Virus record (IMG/VR): IMGVR_UViG_3300034103_000446 | Span: 1-64,000 of that record | Source: a virus | Length of the DNA: 64,000 nucleotides | Direction: 5' to 3' (one strand) | Shown here: one piece after another, positions 9,668 through 18,805 of the stretch | How positions within the stretch are numbered: position 1 is the stretch's first letter | Layout: every line of letters starts with the position of its first letter | Position numbers and translations under genes: made by a program | Notes under the pieces: model-generated | Database searches by the model: none | Told to the model about the DNA's origin: nothing | What the model saw: the letters and a program-made list of their open reading frames with translations, nothing else

Positions 9668-10937
9668 ACAGTGCGTAAGTACCGAATGGGGGATTCGGAT
9701 TAGGGTCACCATGAATGATCCAAGTTGTATCGCAGTAATCAGCATCACCCCAAGAACCGCAGGGATAACCGTCAGTGAAAACAATCAATCGCTTGGGAAC
9801 ATTGCCGACTTCTTTCAAGTATTCAAAGATAGCATCAAAGTCAGTGCCACCGCCACCTTGTGGTTCGTAGCCATCAATTGAATCAAGGTTCTCGCTAGTG
9901 AAGTCAGCAGGGTTGTAGATTTCAGTATCGAAACAGAAAACATGAACCTTGTAGCCATCGAATGCATCCATCATGCCACCAATCTCACCCAAAAATGCTT
10001 GCGCTTGCTTGTTAGAGATAGAGCCTGACATGTCGATAGCAACGACCACATCGATTTCTTCACCGGGCGTCATGCCGGGCATGATAGCATCCATGTGCCA
10101 ACCACGGCGTGAAGGACGCATCCAAGAGAAGTCAGTACGAATTGCACTGGTCAAGTTAGTCTGAATCAGTTCACGCCAGGGCATGACTGGGTCAGTAACG
10201 CTACGAATCAAACGCTCAACACCTTTAGGCAATGTGCCTGCTTCGGCAGACTGTGCGGCATTTAAAATAGCTTGCTTGATTTCTTGACGGGCACGTTCAC
10301 GTTCTTCAGGAGACATCTTAGGACGACCTTTGCCTTTGCCTTCTTTTTCGTCACCGTCACCATCAGATTCACCATCACCATCACCATCGAGGTGATCGTC
10401 AATCATCTGGTCAATCAGACTATTGATATCAATCTTTTGGACATTCTTCATGAGGTCATCATAGATTTCCTCAGAAGACTTACCGTCATACTTTTGCTCA
10501 TACAAGCAAGGCACAGTGGTAATGAATTGACCAACCTTGTGTCGCTTCAAGTCGGCATTGACTGCATAGTCGTTTGCAATGTTAAAGAGTTGCGGGTCAC
10601 GAGTACCGCGGCGACCCATGTGATCGTACACTACATGCAACACCTCATGTGCCACAAGAAACTCAACCTCTTTAGGCTTGAGCATCATAATGAAACGGGA
10701 GTTGTAATAGAATTTGAGACCGTCAGTTGCCGCAGTACTACACCATTCATCGGCATTGGTCAATGACATGCGTGTTGCGAGGTTACCGAAAAACGAATGG
10801 CGCAACAGCAAACCGATTCGAGCAGTTACCAGTCGCTCACGGGCTTGCAGGTCAATCTTGGGATCAGTTGGGCCGACAAGTTTATCAAACTTGTCATTGT
10901 TCTTTTTAGTTTTGCGCTTGTCGATAACTTCGCTCAT
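9654..10937 (-). CDS. VWA-domain putative metallopeptidase (DUF2201-like), partner of the MoxR-type AAA ATPase
   Basis: AHEVLH (HExxH), MIDAS motif DMSGS, GGGGTDF and VFTDG. Confidence 0.88.
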   Translation of the reverse strand: MSEVIDKRKTKKNNDKFDKLVGPTDPKIDLQARERLVTARIGLLLRHSFFGNLATRMSLTNADEWCSTAATDGLKFYYNSRFIMMLKPKEVEFLVAHEVLHVVYDHMGRRGTRDPQLFNIANDYAVNADLKRHKVGQFITTVPCLYEQKYDGKSSEEIYDDLMKNVQKIDINSLIDQMIDDHLDGDGDGESDGDGDEKEGKGKGRPKMSPEERERARQEIKQAILNAAQSAEAGTLPKGVERLIRSVTDPVMPWRELIQTNLTSAIRTDFSWMRPSRRGWHMDAIMPGMTPGEEIDVVVAIDMSGSISNKQAQAFLGEIGGMMDAFDGYKVHVFCFDTEIYNPADFTSENLDSIDGYEPQGGGGTDFDAIFEYLKEVGNVPKRLIVFTDGYPCGSWGDADYCDTTWIIHGDPNPNPPFGTYALYDDK

Positions 10938-10963
10938 GTTAGTCCTTTAGTGTTTATGCGTCT

Positions 10964-10992
10964 ATTATAGCAAATAATAGATTTTCTGTCAA
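10964..10992 (-). promoter_or_regulatory. sigma70 early promoter TTGACA-17-TATAAT
   Basis: Perfect consensus upstream of the VWA gene. Confidence 0.85.
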
Positions 10993-10993
10993 A

Positions 10994-11278
10994 TTATTGA
11001 AGGGTCCGTTTTGTAGCACGATTTACTACATCCTCGTCAAGGTCAACTTCGTTAAGGTCATCGAGGTCAATACCCATCTTTCCGGCAAGTTCTTCTAATT
11101 CCTCGTCCGAGAGTTCATCCAAATCAACAGGAAGTGATCGTTCAAACAGTTCACCTGTTTCGGCTAGGCGATTAATCTCAGCAATCATTTCGTCCAGTTC
11201 TTTCTGTGTACCATCAAAGTCATCAAAGCAACCTGGGGCAAACACAACCTCTAATGGCTTTTTTTCTTCGTTACTCAT
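10994..11278 (-). CDS. Small acidic hypothetical protein
   Basis: 94 aa, very D/E-rich. Confidence 0.65.
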   Translation of the reverse strand: MSNEEKKPLEVVFAPGCFDDFDGTQKELDEMIAEINRLAETGELFERSLPVDLDELSDEELEELAGKMGIDLDDLNEVDLDEDVVNRATKRTLQ

Positions 11279-11427
11279 AGTGACAACCCTCGGTAACCTG
11301 CATCAAATGCGATTCGTGCATAGGCTGCACCTGCTTCAATTTTGAAGTGCTCCATACCATCATCCTTGGTCCAACCCCAAGAGCGGGCACGTTGCCCTAA
11401 TGCATAAAAATACTTTTTACCTGACAT
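11275..11427 (-). CDS. Small hypothetical protein
   Basis: Probable start MSGKKYFY with SD aagga; the longer track ORF runs through a terminator. Confidence 0.55.
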   Translation of the reverse strand: MSGKKYFYALGQRARSWGWTKDDGMEHFKIEAGAAYARIAFDAGYRGLSL

Positions 11428-11440
11428 AATAATCCTTAAT

Positions 11441-11474
11441 AAAAAAAGGGTGAGCATATTGCTACACTCACCCT
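11441..11474 (-). terminator. Rho-independent terminator
   Basis: AGGGTGAG...CTCACCCT hairpin followed by a T run, just downstream of the AAA ATPase stop. Confidence 0.75.
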
Positions 11475-11492
11475 GTAAAACTAGTAACTGAA

Positions 11493-12593
11493 TCAGTTAC
11501 CAGCCTCCACGATGTACTTGCCGTACTTCTTGTGGAAATCATCAAATGTAGCACCAAGCAAGCTAGGCTCGATTGGGAGTTTGTAAGTCTTGAGTGCAAT
11601 CTTAGCACCCATAACAACCAACTCAGTTTCAAAGTTAGCCATGATGTATGTGAAGAAGTTCTTCGCCATGTCATGGAATTCTTTGTTGGTCACTTTCTTG
11701 TTTTCAAGTGCATCACGCAATTCGTAGCACATAGAAACTGTCAGTGAGTACATAGCCGAGATTTCTTTGACAGACAAGTCTTTGACTTTACCTGACAAGA
11801 TATCAGCTGGGTCGGGCATACGACCTGCGACTTTGCGGTGTGCCATAAACTTAACAGCAAGACCTTCACCAACTGCACCTGCAACCAAGTTGAACAGTGT
11901 GTCAGTGTCAACGTCCTCGTCTTTCAACAAGTCAGACACGAATACCCAAGAACGGGGAGTAGCGAATGCTCGGCTTGAAGACTTAGAATCGAATTCGTAC
12001 AAGTCTTGTTTTGCAAAAGACAAGTAACCAACCACGTCTTTGTGAATGCCTTTGTCAACAGCCCAGTTCTGCCATGCAGTAAAGTCGGCTCGCATTTCCA
12101 AGTGCAAGAAACGATTAGCGAGGGGCATCGGCATGCGATATGTCACACCTTTGTCAGAGTCACGGTTACCTGCGGCAACGATAACGACATTATTGGGCAA
12201 CTTGTACTTACCGACTCGACGGTTCAAAATCAGTTGATAGCCTGCAGCCTGAACAGCTGGGGGTGCAGAGTTCATTTCATCGAGGAAGAGAACAACCACT
12301 GGGTATTGTTTTGCGAATTCTTCATCGGGCAGATCGACGGGTGCGGCCCAGTCCATCTTGTTGATATCTTTGTTGAAGTAAGGGATGCCTCGAATATCAG
12401 TAGGCTCCATTTGCGCCATACGCAAGTCAATGACGAAACCACCAAGTTCATCAGAAATTTCTTGAACAACCTCAGACTTGCCGATGCCGGGAGGGCCCCA
12501 CAAGAAAATAGGACGCTTTGCTTGGAAAGCTTTGAGAACAGCCTTGCGGGCTTGAACGGAAGTGATTGTGAGATTGTCAGAAACTTTAGACAT
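11493..12593 (-). CDS. MoxR-like AAA+ ATPase
   Basis: Walker A GPPGIGKS, Walker B LFLDEMN, AAGN, LANRF, TPRSW. Confidence 0.92.
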   Translation of the reverse strand: MSKVSDNLTITSVQARKAVLKAFQAKRPIFLWGPPGIGKSEVVQEISDELGGFVIDLRMAQMEPTDIRGIPYFNKDINKMDWAAPVDLPDEEFAKQYPVVVLFLDEMNSAPPAVQAAGYQLILNRRVGKYKLPNNVVIVAAGNRDSDKGVTYRMPMPLANRFLHLEMRADFTAWQNWAVDKGIHKDVVGYLSFAKQDLYEFDSKSSSRAFATPRSWVFVSDLLKDEDVDTDTLFNLVAGAVGEGLAVKFMAHRKVAGRMPDPADILSGKVKDLSVKEISAMYSLTVSMCYELRDALENKKVTNKEFHDMAKNFFTYIMANFETELVVMGAKIALKTYKLPIEPSLLGATFDDFHKKYGKYIVEAGN

Positions 12594-12635
12594 GTGTTAT
12601 CCTATAAAGAAAGTGTGTTAAAAGAGAGAAACTGT

Positions 12636-12664
12636 AGTTTAGCAGAGATTTGATTTGTCGTCAA
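12636..12664 (-). promoter_or_regulatory. sigma70 early promoter TTGACG-17-TAAACT
   Basis: Near-consensus, upstream of the AAA ATPase. Confidence 0.6.
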
Positions 12665-12671
12665 ATTTATT

Positions 12672-12971
12672 TTACATGATTTGGGCAACGATGCGATTGT
12701 ACACATCCTTCTTTGCCATCATGTAATCGTAGTCACGCTCGCCTGGGCGAAAGTTGTTCCATTGATTCTGACCTGCATATGAAATGAGGTCACGCTTCAA
12801 TGATTGACCTGTGTAGCTTGCAATGAAACCGTACAGGTCATAGTGTGCGATGAAACCGGAACACTGATAGACAAAGTTGTAACCTGTCTTGTTCAGATTA
12901 TCAATGTTTTTGACTGCTTTAACAACGTTAGAGACAATCAGAGTTTTTTGGCGTTCTGTCAGGGGAGTCAT
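12672..12971 (-). CDS. Hypothetical early protein
   Basis: 99 aa, with its own promoter and SD. Confidence 0.65.
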   Translation of the reverse strand: MTPLTERQKTLIVSNVVKAVKNIDNLNKTGYNFVYQCSGFIAHYDLYGFIASYTGQSLKRDLISYAGQNQWNNFRPGERDYDYMMAKKDVYNRIVAQIM

Positions 12972-13004
12972 TTTCAGTTCCTATGTTTCAGTGTCAATAC
13001 AAGT

Positions 13005-13033
13005 ATTGTAGCACAAGGTCCATTTATTGTCAA
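13005..13033 (-). promoter_or_regulatory. sigma70 early promoter TTGACA-17-TACAAT
   Basis: Near-consensus with a 17-bp spacer. Confidence 0.8.
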
Positions 13034-13034
13034 A

Positions 13035-13322
13035 TTACATTGACCAGTAGCTTTCGCTAGCAGGGTTGCAAGCCCAAGGAGTGTTACGGTCGATCTGAAC
13101 ATCTTTGCCAGTCATGAGGTTCTTGACTGTAATCATAGAAGGGTGAAACTCGATACGGAAACCCTTGCTTGTTGGATACAGTTCGTATTGAAGTTCGCGG
13201 ACTTCACGCTTCATTTCAGCTTCATCACGGTTGCGCCATACTGTAGTTGAAACAATACGCTCGCCGGACTTAGTGCGCTTGTCGGCTTTGTAGATGTACA
13301 TTGTGTGATCTTGCTTAGTCAT
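13035..13322 (-). CDS. Hypothetical early protein
   Basis: 95 aa ending TPWACNPASESYWSM; has its own promoter. Confidence 0.65.
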   Translation of the reverse strand: MTKQDHTMYIYKADKRTKSGERIVSTTVWRNRDEAEMKREVRELQYELYPTSKGFRIEFHPSMITVKNLMTGKDVQIDRNTPWACNPASESYWSM

Positions 13323-13352
13323 TTCAGTTCCTTTGTTTCAATCTATGTATAG

Positions 13353-13381
13353 ATTATATGCCCAAACCGATTTATTGTCAA
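13353..13381 (-). promoter_or_regulatory. sigma70 early promoter TTGACA-17-TATAAT
   Basis: Perfect consensus; near-direct repeat of the promoter at 13823-13851. Confidence 0.88.
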
Positions 13382-13386
13382 CCTTT

Positions 13387-13797
13387 TTATTCCTCAAACG
13401 CACGACGGAGAATCAGTTCTTGCCGACTGAATGCTTCGATTTCCCAAGGCATACTCAAGTATTCAGTTTTCTTGCTATACTTTTTGCCTGCCCAAATAGT
13501 GGTTCCGTTTTTTGTAGACTTTAGTGTACCCTTAGCCATTTGCTTGACATGGACCATTTCATGTGCAAGTGTCAGTCCAATCTCTTTGAGTCGGCGATTG
13601 GGCTTGATGACTACCATGTAGCATCCTGTTGCCTGTGAAAGGTCTAGCGTAATGCCGCTGTTGTCCCCACATTCATCGGCAATACGAATAACCACTGCTT
13701 TGGTACTATTTTCAAGTTTCAGTTGTTTGAACATAGAGGGTAGTAATGCTTCTACGAATTTTTTGTTTCGGCGACTGCCTTCAACTTTGAATTCCAT
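13387..13797 (-). CDS. Small HExxH metallopeptidase-like phage protein
   Basis: TLAHEMVHVKQ and PWEIEA motifs. Confidence 0.75.
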   Translation of the reverse strand: MEFKVEGSRRNKKFVEALLPSMFKQLKLENSTKAVVIRIADECGDNSGITLDLSQATGCYMVVIKPNRRLKEIGLTLAHEMVHVKQMAKGTLKSTKNGTTIWAGKKYSKKTEYLSMPWEIEAFSRQELILRRAFEE

Positions 13798-13822
13798 TAC
13801 TAATCCTTTGATCTATGTATAG

Positions 13823-13851
13823 ATTATATTACCAAACCGATTTATCGTCAA
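13823..13851 (-). promoter_or_regulatory. sigma70 early promoter TTGACG-17-TATAAT
   Basis: Near-consensus; shares its spacer and downstream CTATACATAGAT with 13353-13381. Confidence 0.85.
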
Positions 13852-14048
13852 CCTTTTTTCACGCAAAGGTATTCTTTGGAGACTTTGACTTGTAGGTCGA
13901 TGGTTTGTTCAAGTTCTTTCAATCGTTGCCCTGGAGGATTGAGCCGTTGTGCATAGATTTCCCGAACTGCATTTTGACAGGCAGACTGTGAATCAAATTC
14001 GACAGCCCAGCCATTTGAAAGGATCAATGATATTAAAATGAATTTCAT
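13848..14048 (-). CDS. Small hypothetical protein with possible signal sequence
   Basis: Hydrophobic N-terminus and two Cys. Confidence 0.55.
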   Translation of the reverse strand: MKFILISLILSNGWAVEFDSQSACQNAVREIYAQRLNPPGQRLKELEQTIDLQVKVSKEYLCVKKG

Positions 14049-14049
14049 G

Positions 14050-14304
14050 TTAGTCTACTAGTTTAGCAATTAGTATTAGTTTTTCTAAATGTGTTATGGA
14101 CTCGTTTAGGTTTTTCAGAGGTGTCTCTAAAATATGTTTACTAGGAGTACGGCGACAAGTCACTTCTAGTTTGGAAAGTTCAGTAACCATAGATATGATG
14201 TTCTTCAACATTTTGTTGAGATCCGGGTTGTAGCGTAGTTTAGACAAGTCTTTGCGTAACTTGTCACATGCTTCGCTACCTTCTAATGCAGTTTTTATTT
14301 CCAT
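14050..14304 (-). CDS. Hypothetical helical protein
   Basis: 84 aa, directly downstream of a sigma70 promoter. Confidence 0.6.
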   Translation of the reverse strand: MEIKTALEGSEACDKLRKDLSKLRYNPDLNKMLKNIISMVTELSKLEVTCRRTPSKHILETPLKNLNESITHLEKLILIAKLVD

Positions 14305-14309
14305 ATTGT

Positions 14310-14338
14310 ATTCTATACTATATCCTATTTATTGTCAA
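14310..14338 (-). promoter_or_regulatory. sigma70 promoter TTGACA-17-TAGAAT (probably gives a leaderless mRNA)
   Basis: Only 5 nt separate the -10 box from the ATG at 14304. Confidence 0.65.
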
Positions 14339-14345
14339 GCCATGG

Positions 14346-14368
14346 AAAAAGGCTCCGAAGAGCCTTTT
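14346..14368. terminator. Rho-independent, possibly bidirectional terminator after the porin
   Basis: aaaaaGGCTCcgaaGAGCCtttt: GC stem with a UUCG loop on the minus strand and flanking A/T runs. Confidence 0.85.
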
Positions 14369-14384
14369 GTTGAGGTCGATCTTA

Positions 14385-15266
14385 TCAGAAACGATGTGTC
14401 AAACCTACACCCACTTGCTCAACATCATGTGCTGAACCTGTCTTGTTGACATTGCGATATGCAACAGTCAACGCAGTACGCTTGCTGAAATTATAATCAG
14501 CACCTAGTGCGTATGCTTTAACATCAGTGTTTGTGGTACCATAACTTGCCTTAGCAGTGATAGAACCGATGTCACGTGAGACACCAATCAAGTCACCTTT
14601 GCTATTAGTAGCACCTTGGTCATCACTATGAGTATAAGTAATTTTGTTACCAAATAACTTAGTGCTTAGACCGACAACAGTACTCTTTTCAGTACCTTGC
14701 TCAAAACGAGCGACTGTTGCACCTACGCCCAATAATGTCGTAGAGCCAGCAACTACAGTAGCTTCTTGTCCTACAATAGTTTGTGAACGCTCATAAGCAA
14801 CTGCTAAGTTTTTAACAGGAGTTACGTTAACGAACACTGAATCACCTAAACGTAGATTACGTAGATTGTGAACATCACCTGCAACACTACCAAACAATGT
14901 ACCGAAAGTATCGTTGTTTGTGATTGCTAAGAAATGGCTATGAACATTGCGGCCGATATCAACTGAAACAGATTTAGATGCTACACCAATTGTGCTTTGA
15001 CGATCACCTAATTGTGTGCCATTGCCATTGATAGTGTTTGCACCGATACTTGTTTCAACAACAACACGTGCCTTCAATCCACCGCCTAAATTTTCTGTAG
15101 CAGAAATTGCGATGTTGTTTGTTGGCTCACCGGCAATGCTAGTTGTGCGAACCACACCAGTTTTGGTGCTATCTACAAACTCAGCAACTTTACCAGAGAT
15201 TGATACTTGTGCTGATGCAACCATTGTTGTTGCGGCCAATAATGTCGCTAATGCGATTTTTTTCAT
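14385..15266 (-). CDS. Gram-negative general porin (Betaproteobacteria-like)
   Basis: Sec signal ending ASA-Q, EnLGgGLKA motif, alternating beta strands, YNFSKRT and C-terminal GLTHRF. Confidence 0.9.
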   Translation of the reverse strand: MKKIALATLLAATTMVASAQVSISGKVAEFVDSTKTGVVRTTSIAGEPTNNIAISATENLGGGLKARVVVETSIGANTINGNGTQLGDRQSTIGVASKSVSVDIGRNVHSHFLAITNNDTFGTLFGSVAGDVHNLRNLRLGDSVFVNVTPVKNLAVAYERSQTIVGQEATVVAGSTTLLGVGATVARFEQGTEKSTVVGLSTKLFGNKITYTHSDDQGATNSKGDLIGVSRDIGSITAKASYGTTNTDVKAYALGADYNFSKRTALTVAYRNVNKTGSAHDVEQVGVGLTHRF

Positions 15267-15313
15267 AAGATTTTCCTTTTAAAATAAAACTGTTTTTCAA
15301 CAAGTTAGAATAG

Positions 15314-15320
15314 TATTTAT
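15314..15320 (-). promoter_or_regulatory. T4-like late promoter core (ATAAATA)
   Basis: Upstream of the porin ATG. Confidence 0.5.
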
Positions 15321-15403
15321 TGAGCTAACTACAACCCAATAAAATAGTTCATGTAGCAAAGTATACTATTTGTTTACACAAAAAGTAAGTCTATTTGGAT
15401 AGT

Positions 15404-16033
15404 TTATTCTAAATCCGGATATTGCACAGTAATATGTAACATTGTAGAAGAATCTTTTTTTCCTATAATTCCAGAAAAGAATGAATTAAATGCTATAGAA
15501 TATCTATCATCCCTAGTAATATTAGTTTCAACATCATGTCGAATATTAGAAGGGAAAATAATCAACTTGCCTGCAACTGGTTGCACTTCAGTTATTATAA
15601 ATTTTTCGGAAGTTATAAAATGTTCACCCGAATATATTATATTGCTAAAATCCATATGATAGAATGGGTTAGGAAAATAAAATTTAGTTTTAGCTTTTTT
15701 AGTATGGGTTGTTAAATAAAATATTCCGCTAAGTACAGAATTTGGATGTGCATGTATATGATGTTTTTCAGTATATGACGATTTGTTATACCATGCATCA
15801 CTTACCTTTATATCAAACAAAGAGTCTTTATACAAATCATTTTTAGTTTCTAGTATACACGAATTAAACCAAGTAACTAATTCTTTACTTTTTATTAATT
15901 CTTGAAAATTCGATTTATTTGTCATATTTGCAGTATATTGTTGACGTTGTGCTAACTCTAGTGTTTTAGTTGTTAGTTGCTCGTCAGCCGTAAATTCATA
16001 AAATGGTATATTAAATGCTGGAATTTTTTTCAT
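15404..16033 (-). CDS. 2OG-Fe(II) oxygenase (TIGR02466-like)
   Basis: HAHPNSVLSGIFYL, GKLIIFPSNIRHDV and RYSIAFN motifs. Confidence 0.85.
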   Translation of the reverse strand: MKKIPAFNIPFYEFTADEQLTTKTLELAQRQQYTANMTNKSNFQELIKSKELVTWFNSCILETKNDLYKDSLFDIKVSDAWYNKSSYTEKHHIHAHPNSVLSGIFYLTTHTKKAKTKFYFPNPFYHMDFSNIIYSGEHFITSEKFIITEVQPVAGKLIIFPSNIRHDVETNITRDDRYSIAFNSFFSGIIGKKDSSTMLHITVQYPDLE

Positions 16034-16040
16034 AGTAGTG

Positions 16041-16048
16041 TATTTATA
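16041..16048 (-). promoter_or_regulatory. T4 late promoter TATAAATA
   Basis: Exact consensus a few nt upstream of the ATG at 16033. Confidence 0.55.
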
Positions 16049-16060
16049 CTTCTATTATTA

Positions 16061-16957
16061 CTAATATATTATTTTTATTTGTTCTGAATTAACCTTACCA
16101 ATCCAAGGGTATCTAAATTTTATTTCAAACGCTCTTTTGCTAAATTGAGTCGTATACATTAAACGTTCTTTGGGTGTGATTGGAAAATGTATGTCGCAAT
16201 AATCTTTTATTTTTTCAAAACCACTGAGTTTAATTTCTTGAGGTATTACTGGGAACCCACCTTCTTGATACGTCAAATATTTTATTTTATAATCATATAA
16301 AGGTCGGTTATATATGTTGATTGACTTATCTATATTTGGATCGTTTACTATTTGTTTGTGAACACGCTGGTATATGTCTATAAAGGCAAAAAGTAATTCT
16401 GGATCTTCTATTCCAAAGAAGTTACCTATAATATTTCTTTTACTTAACTTAGTATAATTTAGCCATGCTATTTCTATCAGATTGAGTTCAGTTATATAGG
16501 AACCAGCAAGTACCCCACTAAAAATTACAGTACCATCTTTGACCATTTCTGACATAGCAAAGTGAGTACATAACATAGGTGATATACAATTATAATTAAT
16601 TGCGTATTTCTCTAGTTGTGTGGTTAAAAAGGGTATTACGTTAAAATTTAAAATTTCCAAATCAAAATTATATTTTTCTTTGAAAAGCTGTAATTCTACA
16701 AAATCATGCTCATTAAAATCATTTTCATATTTAACAAACACAACCTTAAAATCTACCCCTGATTTAAGCCAAGCATATATGCATGACTGACTATCCACAC
16801 CACCAGATGCAAATAATGTATAAGGTGGGGGATATCGTTCTGTTATTCTTTTTACTGCATCTACTGCAATATCGATCGGTGCTCTTTTAGAAAAGATAGC
16901 GTTCTTAAATGACAGAGCCTTAATTTTACTATCATTGATCTCCGGTATCCAATACAT
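16061..16957 (-). CDS. PP-loop (adenine nucleotide alpha-hydrolase; asparagine synthase-like) ATPase
   Basis: LFASGGVDS motif; no glutaminase domain visible. Confidence 0.65.
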   Translation of the reverse strand: MYWIPEINDSKIKALSFKNAIFSKRAPIDIAVDAVKRITERYPPPYTLFASGGVDSQSCIYAWLKSGVDFKVVFVKYENDFNEHDFVELQLFKEKYNFDLEILNFNVIPFLTTQLEKYAINYNCISPMLCTHFAMSEMVKDGTVIFSGVLAGSYITELNLIEIAWLNYTKLSKRNIIGNFFGIEDPELLFAFIDIYQRVHKQIVNDPNIDKSINIYNRPLYDYKIKYLTYQEGGFPVIPQEIKLSGFEKIKDYCDIHFPITPKERLMYTTQFSKRAFEIKFRYPWIGKVNSEQIKIIY

Positions 16958-17161
16958 TTACCATTTACCTATTGGACAGCTAGCACCTTTTAATTTTGTT
17001 TTAGCGTCAACAAAACAACCGCATTTTTTACAATTACGCAGTCCGGATAAATATTCACATGAACTACATATAGCAATACGTTCTTGTGCTAATTCAGTAT
17101 CAACAAAAACAATATCACGGCCACGCTTAAGTTGTTCTTTAATTTTGTCTGTAAAATTCAT
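16958..17161 (-). CDS. Small Cys-rich Zn-binding protein (DUF6171-like)
   Basis: RIAICSSC...CKKCGCFVDAK...CPIGKW. Confidence 0.7.
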   Translation of the reverse strand: MNFTDKIKEQLKRGRDIVFVDTELAQERIAICSSCEYLSGLRNCKKCGCFVDAKTKLKGASCPIGKW

Positions 17162-17188
17162 AATTATTAACTTCCTATTAGGGGGCGG

Positions 17189-18769
17189 TCAAAAGCAGGC
17201 GCATACGTTAGGAAAACCTGGCCACCGGCACTGCACACCTTTCTGTGGAGCGGTGCAGTCGGTGAAACATGCAAAGCCGTTAGGACAGTTCGGGCCTGCT
17301 TGTAAATGTACAACAACTTCAGGATCGTCTAACAATGTAACATCAAACTCACTATCTTTTTTAATTAATAAGCGTATTTCACTAAATCCAGTTTCTCCTA
17401 AAATAGTTGTAAAATTACATCTTGTAGAGAATAATTTGTAGTCTTGACCTTCTAAATAATTGGAATCAACTACTCCATCAATAAATCCATCAATAAATTG
17501 TAAACCTGTAGGAAGTGGCTGTTCTAGGTTATATGACTCAATGAACATATTCAAAAATACAACTTCACCAATTGGCTGTCCCACTGTTTTTGTTTCGTAT
17601 AGATCAAATGCTATAATCTGAAGTACTTCAGGTTTAGACATTATTGATGTTATCCTATTAGTTGAATTTACATAGTTACCTTCTAGTGTTAATATATGTT
17701 CTCTCCAGCCGGCGTGTAATTTATCAAGATTAGGAATGTTTATTACTTCATTATAACGTACTGAACTTAAATATTGATTAGGGTCACTTACACTAAATTC
17801 TAACCCAATTTGAAATGCTACAGCAGAGCTATGGATAGCAGACGAAATACTAGTTCCGGATACAATATGATAAGAACCATCTTTGTTGGCTGCCATAATA
17901 CCAACACCCGGAGCCCACACATCGATTGCACCATAGTTAACAGTTCCACCTGTTACTGCAATTCCACTACTTGTATAGTTAGAAAAATCACATGGTTCAA
18001 AGTCATGGTTATATGCGCCAACTGTTACCACATCGGGCATCGATGATGGAGTAACATTGGGAATTGGTATTCCTGCATTACCTGCAGAACATACAACTAT
18101 AATCTTATTATCAAGCAATTTTTGAATTTTAGATTCAATAAACTCATTTTTATCAATAGCCCAACTTAAATTAACTACTGATCGGAAAGGATTTGCAGAT
18201 TTATGAGAAATAATAGCATCAAAAGCCGCAAGTAAATGACTTTGACGAGTAGGTGTTTCTCCAAATATTTTTACAACTTTTATGTCTGTATTAGCTAATG
18301 AACAAGTATTACCACCTATTATACTAGATATAGCAGTACCGTGACCGTTAATGTCATTAAATGTACCATCATAGCTATAAACATTTTCTACATTAACTCC
18401 AACAAATTCAGGATGATCCGCAGTAATTCCGCTATCTACAACATATACACTAATATAATGTTCATTTAATTTATGTGTTATAGTTGGCTTATCATAAACG
18501 TGTAAATCTAATACTGCAAGTTTCCACCAATTTGAATCAACTTCAGGATCAAAATCGACCGTTTCACGACTTAAAAGTTTTATAGGTGCTTCCTCATCAT
18601 TGATAACATATTCAATGATATCAGTAGTAGGTGGGATAGAATCAGTAGACACCTCATAAACTAATCCCAATTTATCAAACTGTCTAATGACAGTAATAGT
18701 ATTATCAGTAAAATATTGCTGAATTGTTGCTTCAGCCGTGTCGTTTTTAAAATCTATTAAATATTTCAT
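17189..18769 (-). CDS. S8 subtilisin-like serine protease with prodomain, Ig-like domain and Cys-rich tail
   Basis: Catalytic VVDSG, GHGT and SGTS; oxyanion SAGN; LPTGL Ig-like segment; 6-Cys C-terminus. Confidence 0.9.
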   Translation of the reverse strand: MKYLIDFKNDTAEATIQQYFTDNTITVIRQFDKLGLVYEVSTDSIPPTTDIIEYVINDEEAPIKLLSRETVDFDPEVDSNWWKLAVLDLHVYDKPTITHKLNEHYISVYVVDSGITADHPEFVGVNVENVYSYDGTFNDINGHGTAISSIIGGNTCSLANTDIKVVKIFGETPTRQSHLLAAFDAIISHKSANPFRSVVNLSWAIDKNEFIESKIQKLLDNKIIVVCSAGNAGIPIPNVTPSSMPDVVTVGAYNHDFEPCDFSNYTSSGIAVTGGTVNYGAIDVWAPGVGIMAANKDGSYHIVSGTSISSAIHSSAVAFQIGLEFSVSDPNQYLSSVRYNEVINIPNLDKLHAGWREHILTLEGNYVNSTNRITSIMSKPEVLQIIAFDLYETKTVGQPIGEVVFLNMFIESYNLEQPLPTGLQFIDGFIDGVVDSNYLEGQDYKLFSTRCNFTTILGETGFSEIRLLIKKDSEFDVTLLDDPEVVVHLQAGPNCPNGFACFTDCTAPQKGVQCRWPGFPNVCACF

Positions 18770-18796
18770 ATGGTAATTCCTGTTAGTTGTATCTAG

Positions 18797-18803
18797 TATT
18801 TAT
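18797..18803 (-). promoter_or_regulatory. T4-like late promoter core (ATAAATA)
   Basis: Upstream of the S8 protease. Confidence 0.5.
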
Positions 18804-18805
18804 CA

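Noticed and set aside
11468-11674. Alternative-frame minus-strand ORFs (also 5810..6052, 7250..7630, 25990..26301, 35880..36077)
   Set aside because: They are nested inside confident genes and have no independent evidence.
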